From an uncultured delta proteobacterium (GTDB taxonomy: Bacteria; Myxococcota; Myxococcia; Myxococcales; 40CM-4-68-19): a DNA stretch of 64,000 nt. The notes under the pieces were generated by a model that saw nothing but the letters and a program-made list of their open reading frames with translations, did no database searches and was not told where the DNA came from. The DNA is taken from the NCBI GenBank assembly GCA_903911145.1, contig CAIWCD010000032.1:2448-66447 (forward strand), written 5' to 3'. Position numbers and translations under genes: made by a program. Below, in pieces: positions 52,757 to 61,476 of the stretch; the stretch's first letter is position 1; each line of letters starts with the position of its first letter.

Positions 52757-53028
52757 GGGTGGAGACTCCAAAGGGGTTGAAAGTGGGCTTCGCTTCCTTT
52801 GTGCCGCGGTGTGTGCGGCGCATTCATCGCGATCGAAAAAAAGATCGACGCGTGCGCAAGCCCGCGCCCAGCCTGGTCTCTCTGCACGAGGAGCGCGCGA
52901 TGCTGATGGGTGGAAGCTCCAGAGCATCGAGGTGGGCTTCGCTGCATTGGTTCCGAAGCGGGCCCGGCCCACTCATTCGCGTGCGAAAAAGTCGCGCTGC
53001 TCGCAAACACGCCCGATGATCGTCCGCC

Positions 53029-53574
53029 ATGCGCACCCGAATCGCCCTCGCCCTCGCTGTCGCTCTCCTCGCTGCCACCGCGCCCGCGCGCGCCAACCCC
53101 CAGCCGTGGAACGGTTCGTGGAACACCGCGAGCGGCGTCGGTCTTGGCGTCGCCATCGGCGCGGACATTCCGAGCAGCGCGCGCGACTTCAAGGTCTCAC
53201 CCGACTGGGGATTCTTCGTCGATATCCCGCTGCTCGAGAGCTTCCACATCACGCCCTCGACGATGCTCTACACGCTGCGGCCCTCGAACAGCGCCGTGAA
53301 CGGCCCCGGTTCGCAGGCCACCGACGTCTCGCTCAACTTCAAGTTCAACATCCCGGTCAACCGCGTCGATATCTTCGCGGGCGTGACCGTCGGCATCACC
53401 TCGACCGAGAGCCTCGACCCTCATATGGGCCTGCTCGCGGGCGCGACGTATCACTTCCTGCCCAACCTCGGCCTCTTCGCGCAGGTCAACTACAAGTATC
53501 TGTTCCGCAGCGATGACGTCGGCGGCAATGTCCACAACGTGCAGATCTACGCAGGACCGATGTTCCGTTTTTAA
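53029..53574 (+). CDS. Small outer-membrane beta-barrel protein
   Basis: Signal peptide MRTRIALALAVALLAATAPARA. Alternating strand pattern. C-terminal YAGPMFRF. Confidence 0.7.
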   Translation: MRTRIALALAVALLAATAPARANPQPWNGSWNTASGVGLGVAIGADIPSSARDFKVSPDWGFFVDIPLLESFHITPSTMLYTLRPSNSAVNGPGSQATDVSLNFKFNIPVNRVDIFAGVTVGITSTESLDPHMGLLAGATYHFLPNLGLFAQVNYKYLFRSDDVGGNVHNVQIYAGPMFRF

Positions 53575-53643
53575 TCAGCGCGATTTGGATTCGCGCCAGT
53601 TGGCCGATTGCCGCCCACCCGAGCGGCCGTCGAGTTTATCGGC

Positions 53644-55293
53644 ATGCGAATCATCTTCTGCCTTGCGGCGCTGGTCCTCTCTGCCTCTTCGGCCGCCGTC
53701 GCCCGCCCGCGCAATTCCGGCCACAATTTCCCCGGACACGCGCGAGCGACGCAGCCCACCAGCGGGCTGCTCTATTACGGCGGCCGGGTGATTTCGAATC
53801 CCAAGGTCTATGTCGTCTGGTGGGGCGCCGCGGCGAACATCTCCGCGGAGATCACGAAGTCACCTGGCGGGATCGATTCGTTCTTCGAAGGGGTGCTTGA
53901 TTCCCCCTATATCGATTCGTGGGCGCAATATGCGACGAATATTCCCGTGCAGGCTGGGAGCGCTCTCGGCGACGCCGGGACCAATCAACTCCTCGGCCGG
54001 GGGAACTATGCCGGCACCTATACCCTCAGCCCGGTTCCCGCAGGCAACGTCACCGACGCGCAGATCCAGACTGCGCTCGAGAATGCATTGAACGCGGGCA
54101 CGCTGCCGCCGCGCGACGCGAATACCATCTATGCGATCTATTTCCCCGGCTCGGTCTCGATCAACCTCGACCAGAATACGGCGAGCTGCTCCCAGCAAGG
54201 GTTTGGCGGATATCACGACCTGTCGGCCAATCTATCGGCGGGATATCTGGTGATCCCCGATTGCAACTACAGCTTCGCCTCCTTCTGCGCAGTGAGCAGC
54301 CATGAACTGGCCGAAGCGGCGACCGATCTGATTCCAACCCCGGGTTCCAATCCCGACTATCCGCAGGCGTGGAATGATTCGCAGGGAAATGAGGCAGGAG
54401 ATCTCTGCGAGACGTCGGGTGGGCATCTCGATACGGGCAGCGGCACGTTCGCGGTGCAGGGGATCTGGGACCAGCGCTCGATGGGCTGCAAGTTGACCGC
54501 GCACGCGGCGCAGGATTTCAGCGTCGCCGCAGCGCCGCATGCGTGGAAACTGGCCGTCGGCGCGACCGCGACGATCAACGTCCAGACCGCGCTGGTGGCG
54601 GGCGCGGCGCAACCGATTGCCCTCTCGGTGCAAGCGCCGGCGGGGGTGACGGCGCAGCTTGCTGCCAGCAGCGTCGACGCGGGCGAGAGCACGACTCTGA
54701 CGCTCACCGGCGCGCAGGTCGTCGAGGATGCGCAGCTGATCGTGACCGCAACGGAAGGCAGCGGACCGACCGCCATCACGCATACCGCGGCGCTGCTCGT
54801 CGGCGTCGTTGCCTCGGCCGCGGACTATTCGATCGCGCTCTCTCCCTCGACGCAGCAGGTGACGGCAGGGACGACCGCGACCTATCAAGTGCAAAGCTCG
54901 AGCGATGCAGGCACGCCTCCGCAGCTTGCCCTGCGCGCGATCGGTCTGCCCACCGGTGCGACAGCGACCTTCTCTCCCGCGACCATCGCGGCCGGTGCGA
55001 ACAGCACGCTCTCGCTCGCGACCGCTGGTTCGCTGCGCGGCTCCATCGCCTTCGACGTGGTTGCGACGTCCGACACGACGCGCACGGCGAGCGCGTCGCT
55101 GGCTCTGGTTGCGCCCCAGAGCGACGCGGGGCCGGGCACCGATGGCGGGGTCACCGACGGCGGCACGGGAGGCCAGACGAAGGCGTCGAGCGGCTGCAAC
55201 GAAGCTCCGATCGAGAGTCTGGCGCTGCCTCTGATCGGCGCGCTTCTGCTCGTGGGGCGGAGCCGTCGGCGCGCTGCCGCCCGTCCCGCGTAA
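53644..55293 (+). CDS. Secreted protein of unknown function with two Ig-like repeats and MYXO-CTERM-like tail
   Basis: Signal peptide MRIIFCLAALVLSASSAAVA. N-domain: YYGGRVISNPKVYVVWWG...GGYHDLS...SSHELAEAATD. Repeats of the DFSVAAAP.../DYSIALSP... type. Tail: SSGCNEAPIESLALPLIGALLLVGRSRRR. Confidence 0.7.
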   Translation: MRIIFCLAALVLSASSAAVARPRNSGHNFPGHARATQPTSGLLYYGGRVISNPKVYVVWWGAAANISAEITKSPGGIDSFFEGVLDSPYIDSWAQYATNIPVQAGSALGDAGTNQLLGRGNYAGTYTLSPVPAGNVTDAQIQTALENALNAGTLPPRDANTIYAIYFPGSVSINLDQNTASCSQQGFGGYHDLSANLSAGYLVIPDCNYSFASFCAVSSHELAEAATDLIPTPGSNPDYPQAWNDSQGNEAGDLCETSGGHLDTGSGTFAVQGIWDQRSMGCKLTAHAAQDFSVAAAPHAWKLAVGATATINVQTALVAGAAQPIALSVQAPAGVTAQLAASSVDAGESTTLTLTGAQVVEDAQLIVTATEGSGPTAITHTAALLVGVVASAADYSIALSPSTQQVTAGTTATYQVQSSSDAGTPPQLALRAIGLPTGATATFSPATIAAGANSTLSLATAGSLRGSIAFDVVATSDTTRTASASLALVAPQSDAGPGTDGGVTDGGTGGQTKASSGCNEAPIESLALPLIGALLLVGRSRRRAAARPA

Positions 55294-55376
55294 TCCGAAA
55301 TCCGTCGCAATCCGTCGCACCTATCGCAAGCAGGGAAATGCTTGCTGGCGGCGAAACGCGCGGATACACGTCGGGG

Positions 55377-55862
55377 ATGAAACAGCGATTGAAGTGGGCG
55401 GGGATTGGCTTGGTGGTGCTGTTGGTTGGGGCCCAGTTCTTCCGGCCCTCCTACAGCAACCCCGAGTCGAGCGTCGACAATGAGTTCACGCATAAGATCA
55501 CGGTGCCGCCCGAGATCGCGCAGTCGCTGAATCAAGCCTGCGGTGATTGCCATTCCAATCAGACGGTATGGCCCTGGTATTCGAAGATCGCGCCGCTCAG
55601 CTGGTGGATTGCCAGTCACGTCAAAGAGGGTCGCCGCGAGCTGAACCTCTCCGAGTGGACCTATTCGGATGATCGGATCCGCCGCAAGCTCGAGGCGATC
55701 GCAGGCGAGGTCAAGGAGGGTGAAATGCCGCCGGGATATTACCTCCCGATGCATGCGAATGCCCGCCTGACCGACGCGCAGAAAGCGGCGATTGTCGAGT
55801 GGGCCACTGCCGAACTGAACCGCCGCGGTGGTCCGCTGCCGAGACGCAATCGCCCCCATTAG
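55377..55862 (+). CDS. Haem-binding domain (Haem_bd-type, CxxCH) membrane-anchored protein
   Basis: TM segment WAGIGLVVLLVGAQFF, then CGDCHSNQTVWPWYSKIAPLSWWIASHVKEGRRELNLSEW...EMPP. Confidence 0.8.
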   Translation: MKQRLKWAGIGLVVLLVGAQFFRPSYSNPESSVDNEFTHKITVPPEIAQSLNQACGDCHSNQTVWPWYSKIAPLSWWIASHVKEGRRELNLSEWTYSDDRIRRKLEAIAGEVKEGEMPPGYYLPMHANARLTDAQKAAIVEWATAELNRRGGPLPRRNRPH

Positions 55863-55915
55863 TCGACCGAGCTGGATAGTTCGTTCGCGCCCGTGAATTG
55901 TGCCTATGCTCCTGC

Positions 55916-56617
55916 ATGGGCAAGACTCCTCGCGCGCTTGCGTTGCTCCTCTTCTTCGGGCCGATGACCACCGGTCTCGAAGCAGAAGGGCAGGGCGGCT
56001 TCGGGAATTTCCAATACGGCGGCTGCGCGAGCCAGGATTACAACGTGCGCGCGCTCTCTGCGGCCGCCGCGATTCGCGTCAAGACACCGGTCGGCTTCAC
56101 CGCGGAGCTCGATGGCTCGACCGTCGGAGGACGCGTCCGCTCGACCCGCACGGGTGTATCGCCCGATATGTCCGGTCTCGACGTTCAAACCGGCGCTGGT
56201 ATGGCCCGCATCGGATGGCAATGGAGATATGGAGGCGCGGAACTCGGCGCCGGCCTTGCCTCGACCGCACCCGATTCCTATTCGCAGTCCCATATACCGG
56301 CCGCGACACCCATGCGGATATTCCCATCAGCATCCGGTTGGGTCGGCATTCCCGATTATGCGTATCTCTGGGGCTCGTTCGCTGCCGAGCCATTTGTATT
56401 CCCGGATAACGCCCGCCCGCCGTTCTTCGTCGGCATCGGGCACACGAGCGAATGGATTGATATCCGCGCGGGATATCTATTGGGCGCGCTCTTTCGCGCG
56501 ACCCTCAAGGTCGATCCCCTGTTTCAACCGGGGATCGACGTTCGATATCTCGATGCGCGCAATTGGCAGGCCGCGCTGACGCTGCGGTTTACCGTTGCGC
56601 TCTTCGATGCGCCCTAG
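55916..56617 (+). CDS. Hypothetical secreted/outer-membrane protein
   Basis: MGKTPRALALLLFFGPMTTGLEA signal-like N-terminus; Gly/aromatic-rich; no family recognised. Start uncertain (55898 in the ORF track). Confidence 0.5.
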   Translation: MGKTPRALALLLFFGPMTTGLEAEGQGGFGNFQYGGCASQDYNVRALSAAAAIRVKTPVGFTAELDGSTVGGRVRSTRTGVSPDMSGLDVQTGAGMARIGWQWRYGGAELGAGLASTAPDSYSQSHIPAATPMRIFPSASGWVGIPDYAYLWGSFAAEPFVFPDNARPPFFVGIGHTSEWIDIRAGYLLGALFRATLKVDPLFQPGIDVRYLDARNWQAALTLRFTVALFDAP

Positions 56618-57078
56618 GCCCGCAGCGTCAGGTCCGAGGGGATCACATCCGAGAGCTGCTTGCGCAGCTCATCCGGCGCGAGATGCACATAATCCTTGCT
56701 GACCTCCGCAACGACCTTGTCGAGCAGACCGCGGCTCAGGTTCTCCCGCAGCTCGCCCAGCAGGCGCGCCTGCGCGACGAGCACGAGACGCCCGAACGCC
56801 TTCTCGGTGAGGCCGCGCTCGAGAACGTGCGACAGCTGGTGCGCGAATCGCCGCTCCGCCGTCTCTTTCGGATCGTTCTTTCGCTCGCCGTGCGCGTGAA
56901 GCGCGCCCTTATGCTCGGACGCTTTCGTGCCGAAATCGCGCGTGCCCGTGTCCTTCGTGCTGCCGTCGCCCGCCACGGTCTCGACCAGCTTCCACGGCTC
57001 ATTCTTCATGTCGTACTTGAAGATGCGTGCACCGCTTGCGTCGCCCACCACCACCCAGCTGATGTTTGATTGGCTCAT
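56614..57078 (-). CDS. Host-attachment-protein family (eRF1-like fold) protein
   Basis: SWVVVGDASGARIFKYD...RLVLVAQARLLGELR...DYVHLAPDELRKQL matches my recollection of the Host_attach family. AAGAGGAG RBS upstream of the ATG at 57078. Confidence 0.65.
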   Translation of the reverse strand: MSQSNISWVVVGDASGARIFKYDMKNEPWKLVETVAGDGSTKDTGTRDFGTKASEHKGALHAHGERKNDPKETAERRFAHQLSHVLERGLTEKAFGRLVLVAQARLLGELRENLSRGLLDKVVAEVSKDYVHLAPDELRKQLSDVIPSDLTLRA

Positions 57079-57222
57079 TGAATTGTCTCCTCTTGGAAGT
57101 TCGCGAGGAAGGGAATCCAGGCCCGCGCGACCGATCTGCTAACGGCGCAATCGGCTGCGCGCATGTCAATCGTCGAAGTCCGAATGCCGCGGCCCAGCTG
57201 CAGTTGATTGGAGAGAAGCCGA

Positions 57223-57720
57223 TTATTCGAACGAGATATATCGGCGCACTGCGACGATATTGCGCTCGATGGTCGCGAGGGTCTGCGGAGAGAGCGGCTC
57301 TCCTTCCGGCACAGTCCAGCTCTTGACCGTGCTCGCATTGCAGATCATCGGCCCGACAGGCTGGAGCCGCACCGGCAATACGAGGATATGCGCGCCGTCG
57401 ATATATCGGAGCGTAAACGTCTCATCCACCTTGTCGAGAAGCACCTGGTAGGGCGCATCCCGGCGTCGCAGATAATCGGCCTCCTGCACGGAGAAGCGCG
57501 TGTTCTGCGCACGCAGCGTGTCGAGGAGAAACTGCATGATCTCCTCCCGCTTCTCTGGCGCAATCGGCTCGCCGTGCGGGACCGTCCAATGATCGGTGTC
57601 ATTGGCGTAGATATCGATCTCGTCGAGCATTGGACTGACGAACTCGATGGGGATCTCGAGCATATGCCCGTCGTCATCATATCGAACATAGGTGCGGCTG
57701 AAGTTGAGCGTCGGGGGCAT
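57223..57720 (-). CDS. Hypothetical protein made of two tandem ~80-aa repeats
   Basis: Repeat 1: YVRYDDDGHMLEIP...WTVPHGEPIAPEKREEIMQFL. Repeat 2: LRYIDGAHILVLP...WTVPEGEPLSPQTLATIERNI. AAGAGGAG RBS 5-8 nt upstream of the ATG at 57720; the longer ORF-track start at 57843 is rejected. Confidence 0.6.
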   Translation of the reverse strand: MPPTLNFSRTYVRYDDDGHMLEIPIEFVSPMLDEIDIYANDTDHWTVPHGEPIAPEKREEIMQFLLDTLRAQNTRFSVQEADYLRRRDAPYQVLLDKVDETFTLRYIDGAHILVLPVRLQPVGPMICNASTVKSWTVPEGEPLSPQTLATIERNIVAVRRYISFE

Positions 57721-57849
57721 GTCACTCCTCTTCCGCGATCGAGCGCCGTGCTTGAAAACACCGCTGCCGACATTCGCGAAGAAGAGTCTAGTCATCGCGA
57801 AACCCTTTGCCGATTGTGACCGACGGTCGCAGGCGATCGGCACGTACCG

Positions 57850-59208
57850 ATGCGCGGCGGGCGCGGTTCGCGTATGAGGAGTGGCCTCGACGAGGGGAGG
57901 GCCGCTTTGAACATCTCAACCAAGACGACGCTGACGACCCTCGTCGTCGTGGGCACGACGTTCACGTTGGCGGGCGCGCTGCTGCTGCGCGAGGTGCGCG
58001 TGACGGCGCTCGAGGAGAGCCACGAACAGGCGCTCCTGCTCTCGCGCACACTGGCCGGTTCGTTCGCCGTCCCGCTCGCGCAGGGGCAGCACGAGACCAT
58101 CCAGCGGCAGCTCGATCAGATCGCCGAGCTGCCTGCGCAATATCCCGACGTGGTGAGCGTGCTGGTCGCGGATGAGGCGGGCCTCATCGTCGCTGCGACC
58201 GACCCTCTGCGCTTCGGCGATCCGTGGCCAGGCGAGGTGCCCCATGCGGAGTCGCTGCGCGAGACGGAGGGCGAGCCGCTTCCGCGCATCGTCGTGCGGA
58301 TGCCGATTCAATCGCTGGTGCGCGCAGGCAGCCTCGAGGTCGTGCTCTCGGTGCGCGAGCCGTGGCGCGCAGCCCGCGAGGCTTCGCGCGGAATCCTCCT
58401 GTCGCTGTTTGTCGGCATGATCGTCTTCATGGCGACGCTGACGCTCTTGCTCAATCGCCTGGTCGTGCGGCCGGTGAAGCAGCTCGCGCATGCCGCGATC
58501 GCCTTCTCGCCCGGCCAGGCCGGGCTGGGCCTGTCGCTCGAAGGGCCGCGTGAGATGCGGCAGCTCGCTGGCGCGTTCGACGGCATGGCCGCCCGTCTGC
58601 ACGACTACACCGACACGCTCGAGGCGAAAGTCGCAGAGCGCACGCAGGAGCTCAGAAACGCGCTCGAGGCGCTGCAGGGCGCGAATCATCGGCTGCAGGA
58701 GCTGGCCACCACCGACGCGCTGACCAGCGTGGGCAACCGGCGCGTCTTCACCGACCGGCTTGCGCTCGAGCTTGATCGCGCGCGGCGCTCGAGCTCTCCG
58801 CTCTCGCTGGTGCTCTTCGATCTCGATCATTTCAAGCGGCTCAACGATACGCTCGGGCACCAGGAGGGCGATCGGGCGCTGGTGCGCGTGGCCGCGCTGC
58901 TGGCGGACGGGCGGCGTTCCATCGATCTGGTGGCTCGATTCGGCGGCGAGGAGTTCGTGCTGCTCTTGCCCGACACGGCCCACGCCGATGCGTTGCGCCT
59001 CGCCGATCGGCTGCGCGAGGCGATTGCGGAGAAGATCGTCGGCTGCACCGCGAGCGCGGGAGTCTCGACGTTTCCCGACCAGGCGTCCGATGGTGCCTCG
59101 CTGGTCCGCGCCGCCGACCAGGCGATGTACGCGGCCAAGAGCGGTGGGCGCAATCGCGTCGTCGGTGCACAGCCGGCCGCGGCAGTCACTGCAGGAGCTG
59201 CGTCATGA
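57850..59208 (+). CDS. Membrane HAMP-GGDEF diguanylate cyclase
   Basis: Two TM spans (TTLVVVGTTFTLAGALLL; ILLSLFVGMIVFMATLTLLL). HAMP: LNRLVVRPVKQLAHAA. TDALTSVGNRR, RFGGEEF with an RSID I-site. Alternative starts at ATG 57874 or TTG 57907 (GGGGAGGG RBS). Confidence 0.88.
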   Translation: MRGGRGSRMRSGLDEGRAALNISTKTTLTTLVVVGTTFTLAGALLLREVRVTALEESHEQALLLSRTLAGSFAVPLAQGQHETIQRQLDQIAELPAQYPDVVSVLVADEAGLIVAATDPLRFGDPWPGEVPHAESLRETEGEPLPRIVVRMPIQSLVRAGSLEVVLSVREPWRAAREASRGILLSLFVGMIVFMATLTLLLNRLVVRPVKQLAHAAIAFSPGQAGLGLSLEGPREMRQLAGAFDGMAARLHDYTDTLEAKVAERTQELRNALEALQGANHRLQELATTDALTSVGNRRVFTDRLALELDRARRSSSPLSLVLFDLDHFKRLNDTLGHQEGDRALVRVAALLADGRRSIDLVARFGGEEFVLLLPDTAHADALRLADRLREAIAEKIVGCTASAGVSTFPDQASDGASLVRAADQAMYAAKSGGRNRVVGAQPAAAVTAGAAS

Positions 59209-60134
59209 AACGCGGCTCGACCAGTCCAGGCGCGGATTTGCGGCCCTCGGGCCTTGTGCTGGTGCTCCTCGCCGCGCTCTCGTTCGCCTGCGATGGGTCT
59301 CCGAAACAGGCCACGGCGCTGCCCGCCGCGCAGCAGCACGTCTCGGTGCGGCGACTCGTCTTCGGCATGCCGCTCTATCGCCAGAACGACGATGGCACCG
59401 CGCTGCGCCCGTTCGCGGATTACCTCTCGCACTCGCTCGGCGTGCCGGTGGAGATCCGCGTCGCCGAGCCGTACCAGCAGCTACCGGCCCTGCTGCTCAG
59501 TGGTGCGGTCGATATCGCAGAGCTGCCGCCGCTCGCCTATGTGCGCGCACGCACAGCCAATGGAGAGGTGCGGGTGGTCGCGACCGTGGTGATCTCCGGC
59601 AATCCGACCTATCTCGGCCATCTCTATGTGAAGAGCGATTCCCGCTTTCATTCGCTCGCAGACCTGCAGGGAGCGCGGATTGGATATGTCAATCCCGATT
59701 CAAGCTCGGGATATCTCTTCCCCCGCGATCTTCTCCGGCAGAAGGGATTCAATCCCGATCAGTTCTTCTCGTCGTCGCGCATGCTCGGCAAGCATTCGCT
59801 CGTGCTCGATGCGGTGCTCGCGGGCGACGTCGAGGTCGGCGCCGCCGAGGATGTCACCAGCGAGTGGCTCGGTCCGACCGTGCGCCCGGAAGGGCTGCGC
59901 GTGATCGCCAAGACCGAGCGGATTCCCAACGACTGTGTCGCGGCGCGGCCAGGTCTCGACGCGGCGACGCAGCAAGCGCTGCTGCGTGTGCTGCAGGAGC
60001 TGCATCCTCCAGTGCGAGACGCGGCAGCGATCATGAGCGCGATCGGCGTCAACGGTTGGATCGCAGCCGATGAGGCGCGCTACGACCGCGTGCGCGCAGT
60101 GCTCGCTCGCGAGACGCAATCGCCAGCGAAGTAG
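59205..60134 (+). CDS. PhnD-like (phosphonate/phosphite ABC-type) periplasmic substrate-binding lipoprotein, orphan
   Basis: Lipobox LLAALSFAC; YVNPDSSSGYLFPR. ATGA overlap with the DGC gene. No permease or ATPase gene nearby. Confidence 0.75.
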   Translation: MKRGSTSPGADLRPSGLVLVLLAALSFACDGSPKQATALPAAQQHVSVRRLVFGMPLYRQNDDGTALRPFADYLSHSLGVPVEIRVAEPYQQLPALLLSGAVDIAELPPLAYVRARTANGEVRVVATVVISGNPTYLGHLYVKSDSRFHSLADLQGARIGYVNPDSSSGYLFPRDLLRQKGFNPDQFFSSSRMLGKHSLVLDAVLAGDVEVGAAEDVTSEWLGPTVRPEGLRVIAKTERIPNDCVAARPGLDAATQQALLRVLQELHPPVRDAAAIMSAIGVNGWIAADEARYDRVRAVLARETQSPAK

Positions 60135-60216
60135 GGACACTCCGCGGTCGCGGCGCACGTTTCAATCCAGCCGACGTGCCTTGCTGCGACTCGACAATCG
60201 GGATAGTCGACCCGAT

Positions 60217-61179
60217 ATGCGCGCCTATGCCATCGAACGCCGAGGAACCATCGCTGACCTGCGGGTGATGGAGTTGCCCAGACCCGTGCCAGCGGCCAAC
60301 GAGCTGCTCGTCCGTGTTCGCGCGGCGGCGCTCAATCCTGCGGACCTCAAGGTGCTCGCAGGCCGCGATGGCGGCGGCTTTCTCCACGCCACGAACTTTC
60401 CCTTCGCGCTCGGCTTCGACTTCAGCGGCGTCGTTGAATCGGTCGGCGCGGCGGCGACGGGATATGTCGCGGGCGACGAGGTCTTCGGTTTTCTCCCCTA
60501 TGCGCGCAGCACGCGCGGCGGCTCCTTCGCGGAATACCTGGCTGTCGCCGCGGATTCGGTCGGGAAGAAGCCGAAGATGCTCTCTCATGAGGAGGCCGCC
60601 TCTGCGGCCACGGCGGCCATGACCGCGCTCTGCGCGCTGCGCGAGAAGGGGCGGCTTGCGGCGGGCCAGACCGTGCTGATCAACGGCGCATCGGGCGGCG
60701 TCGGTAGCTACGCGGTGCAGATTGCGCGGAATCTCGGCGCGAATGTTCTCGCCATCGCCAGCGCCGCCAAAGCCGACGCGGTCAAGAGCCTCGGTGCCTC
60801 GCAGGTCTATGATTACAAAGCGACGCCGATTTCAGAGATTAAAACGCAGGTGGAGATGGTCCTCGATGTCGCTTCAAACTCCACCTTTGGCGCCTGCCTT
60901 CACTTATTAAAACCGGGCGGCTCTTATGTCTCGCTGTTGCCTTCGCCTGCGATGTTTCTCGGCATGGCCCGGGCGTTATTCTCCTCGCGGCGGTGCGCGT
61001 TCGTGATGGTCAAGCCGCATGCGAGCGACTTCGCCGAAATTGCGCGCTGGTTCGACGAGGGCAAGCTCAAGCCGATGCTCGAGCGGTCGTATCCGTTCAA
61101 TGAGCTGCCGATCGCGCTCGAGCGGCTGCAGCGCGGCGACGTGCGCGGGAAGCTCGCGCTGACAGTCGATGCTGGTTAG
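60217..61179 (+). CDS. Medium-chain (zinc-type/quinone oxidoreductase-like) NAD(P)-dependent dehydrogenase
   Basis: ELLVRVRAAALNPADLKVL, INGASGGVGSYAVQIA (Rossmann), C-terminal GDVRGKLALTV. Confidence 0.85.
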   Translation: MRAYAIERRGTIADLRVMELPRPVPAANELLVRVRAAALNPADLKVLAGRDGGGFLHATNFPFALGFDFSGVVESVGAAATGYVAGDEVFGFLPYARSTRGGSFAEYLAVAADSVGKKPKMLSHEEAASAATAAMTALCALREKGRLAAGQTVLINGASGGVGSYAVQIARNLGANVLAIASAAKADAVKSLGASQVYDYKATPISEIKTQVEMVLDVASNSTFGACLHLLKPGGSYVSLLPSPAMFLGMARALFSSRRCAFVMVKPHASDFAEIARWFDEGKLKPMLERSYPFNELPIALERLQRGDVRGKLALTVDAG

Positions 61180-61229
61180 CGCACGTCGCACAACCTGACC
61201 GGGCGCGCGCGGAGGCGGTCCAGCCCCCG

Positions 61230-61256
61230 CTTCCTGCGCCAGAGGCGCAGCGGAAG
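61230..61256. terminator. Possible hairpin between convergent genes
   Basis: CTTCCTGCGCC-aga-GGCGCAGcGGAAG: perfect 7-bp core stem CTGCGCC/GGCGCAG plus flanking pairs. No T-run. Confidence 0.35.
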
Positions 61257-61272
61257 TGGGCAGGCGTGCATT

Positions 61273-61476
61273 CTACTTGCGCTTCGTCGGCTGCCCTCTC
61301 GAATAGGGATTGAACTTCGTCAAGCCTGCTCGCCCGACCTCTCCCTTCGCGGATTGCGGCGGGTGCCTGGCTGCATTGGTCGGTGCGACGAGCTGGATGT
61401 TGCCGTTGAACGCGACGCCGCGCGCGGAGGCGGCGGTCGTTGTCACGAGCAACGCAGCGAAGAGAATGTGGCGCAT
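61273..61476 (-). CDS. Possible small secreted protein (67 aa)
   Basis: MRHILFAALLVTTTAASARG signal-like N-terminus, with AAAGGGA upstream of the ATG at 61476. No family recognised. Confidence 0.35.
   Translation of the reverse strand: MRHILFAALLVTTTAASARGVAFNGNIQLVAPTNAARHPPQSAKGEVGRAGLTKFNPYSRGQPTKRK

Noticed and set aside
60800-60980. AT-rich codon patch with three TTA Leu codons (60904, 60907, 60976) in the dehydrogenase gene, considered as a sign of horizontal transfer or TTA-based regulation
   Set aside because: Similar AT-rich codon runs occur in housekeeping maeB (e.g. around 13385-13410), so this is not distinctive by eye. A codon-usage or GC3 computation per gene would be needed before any claim.
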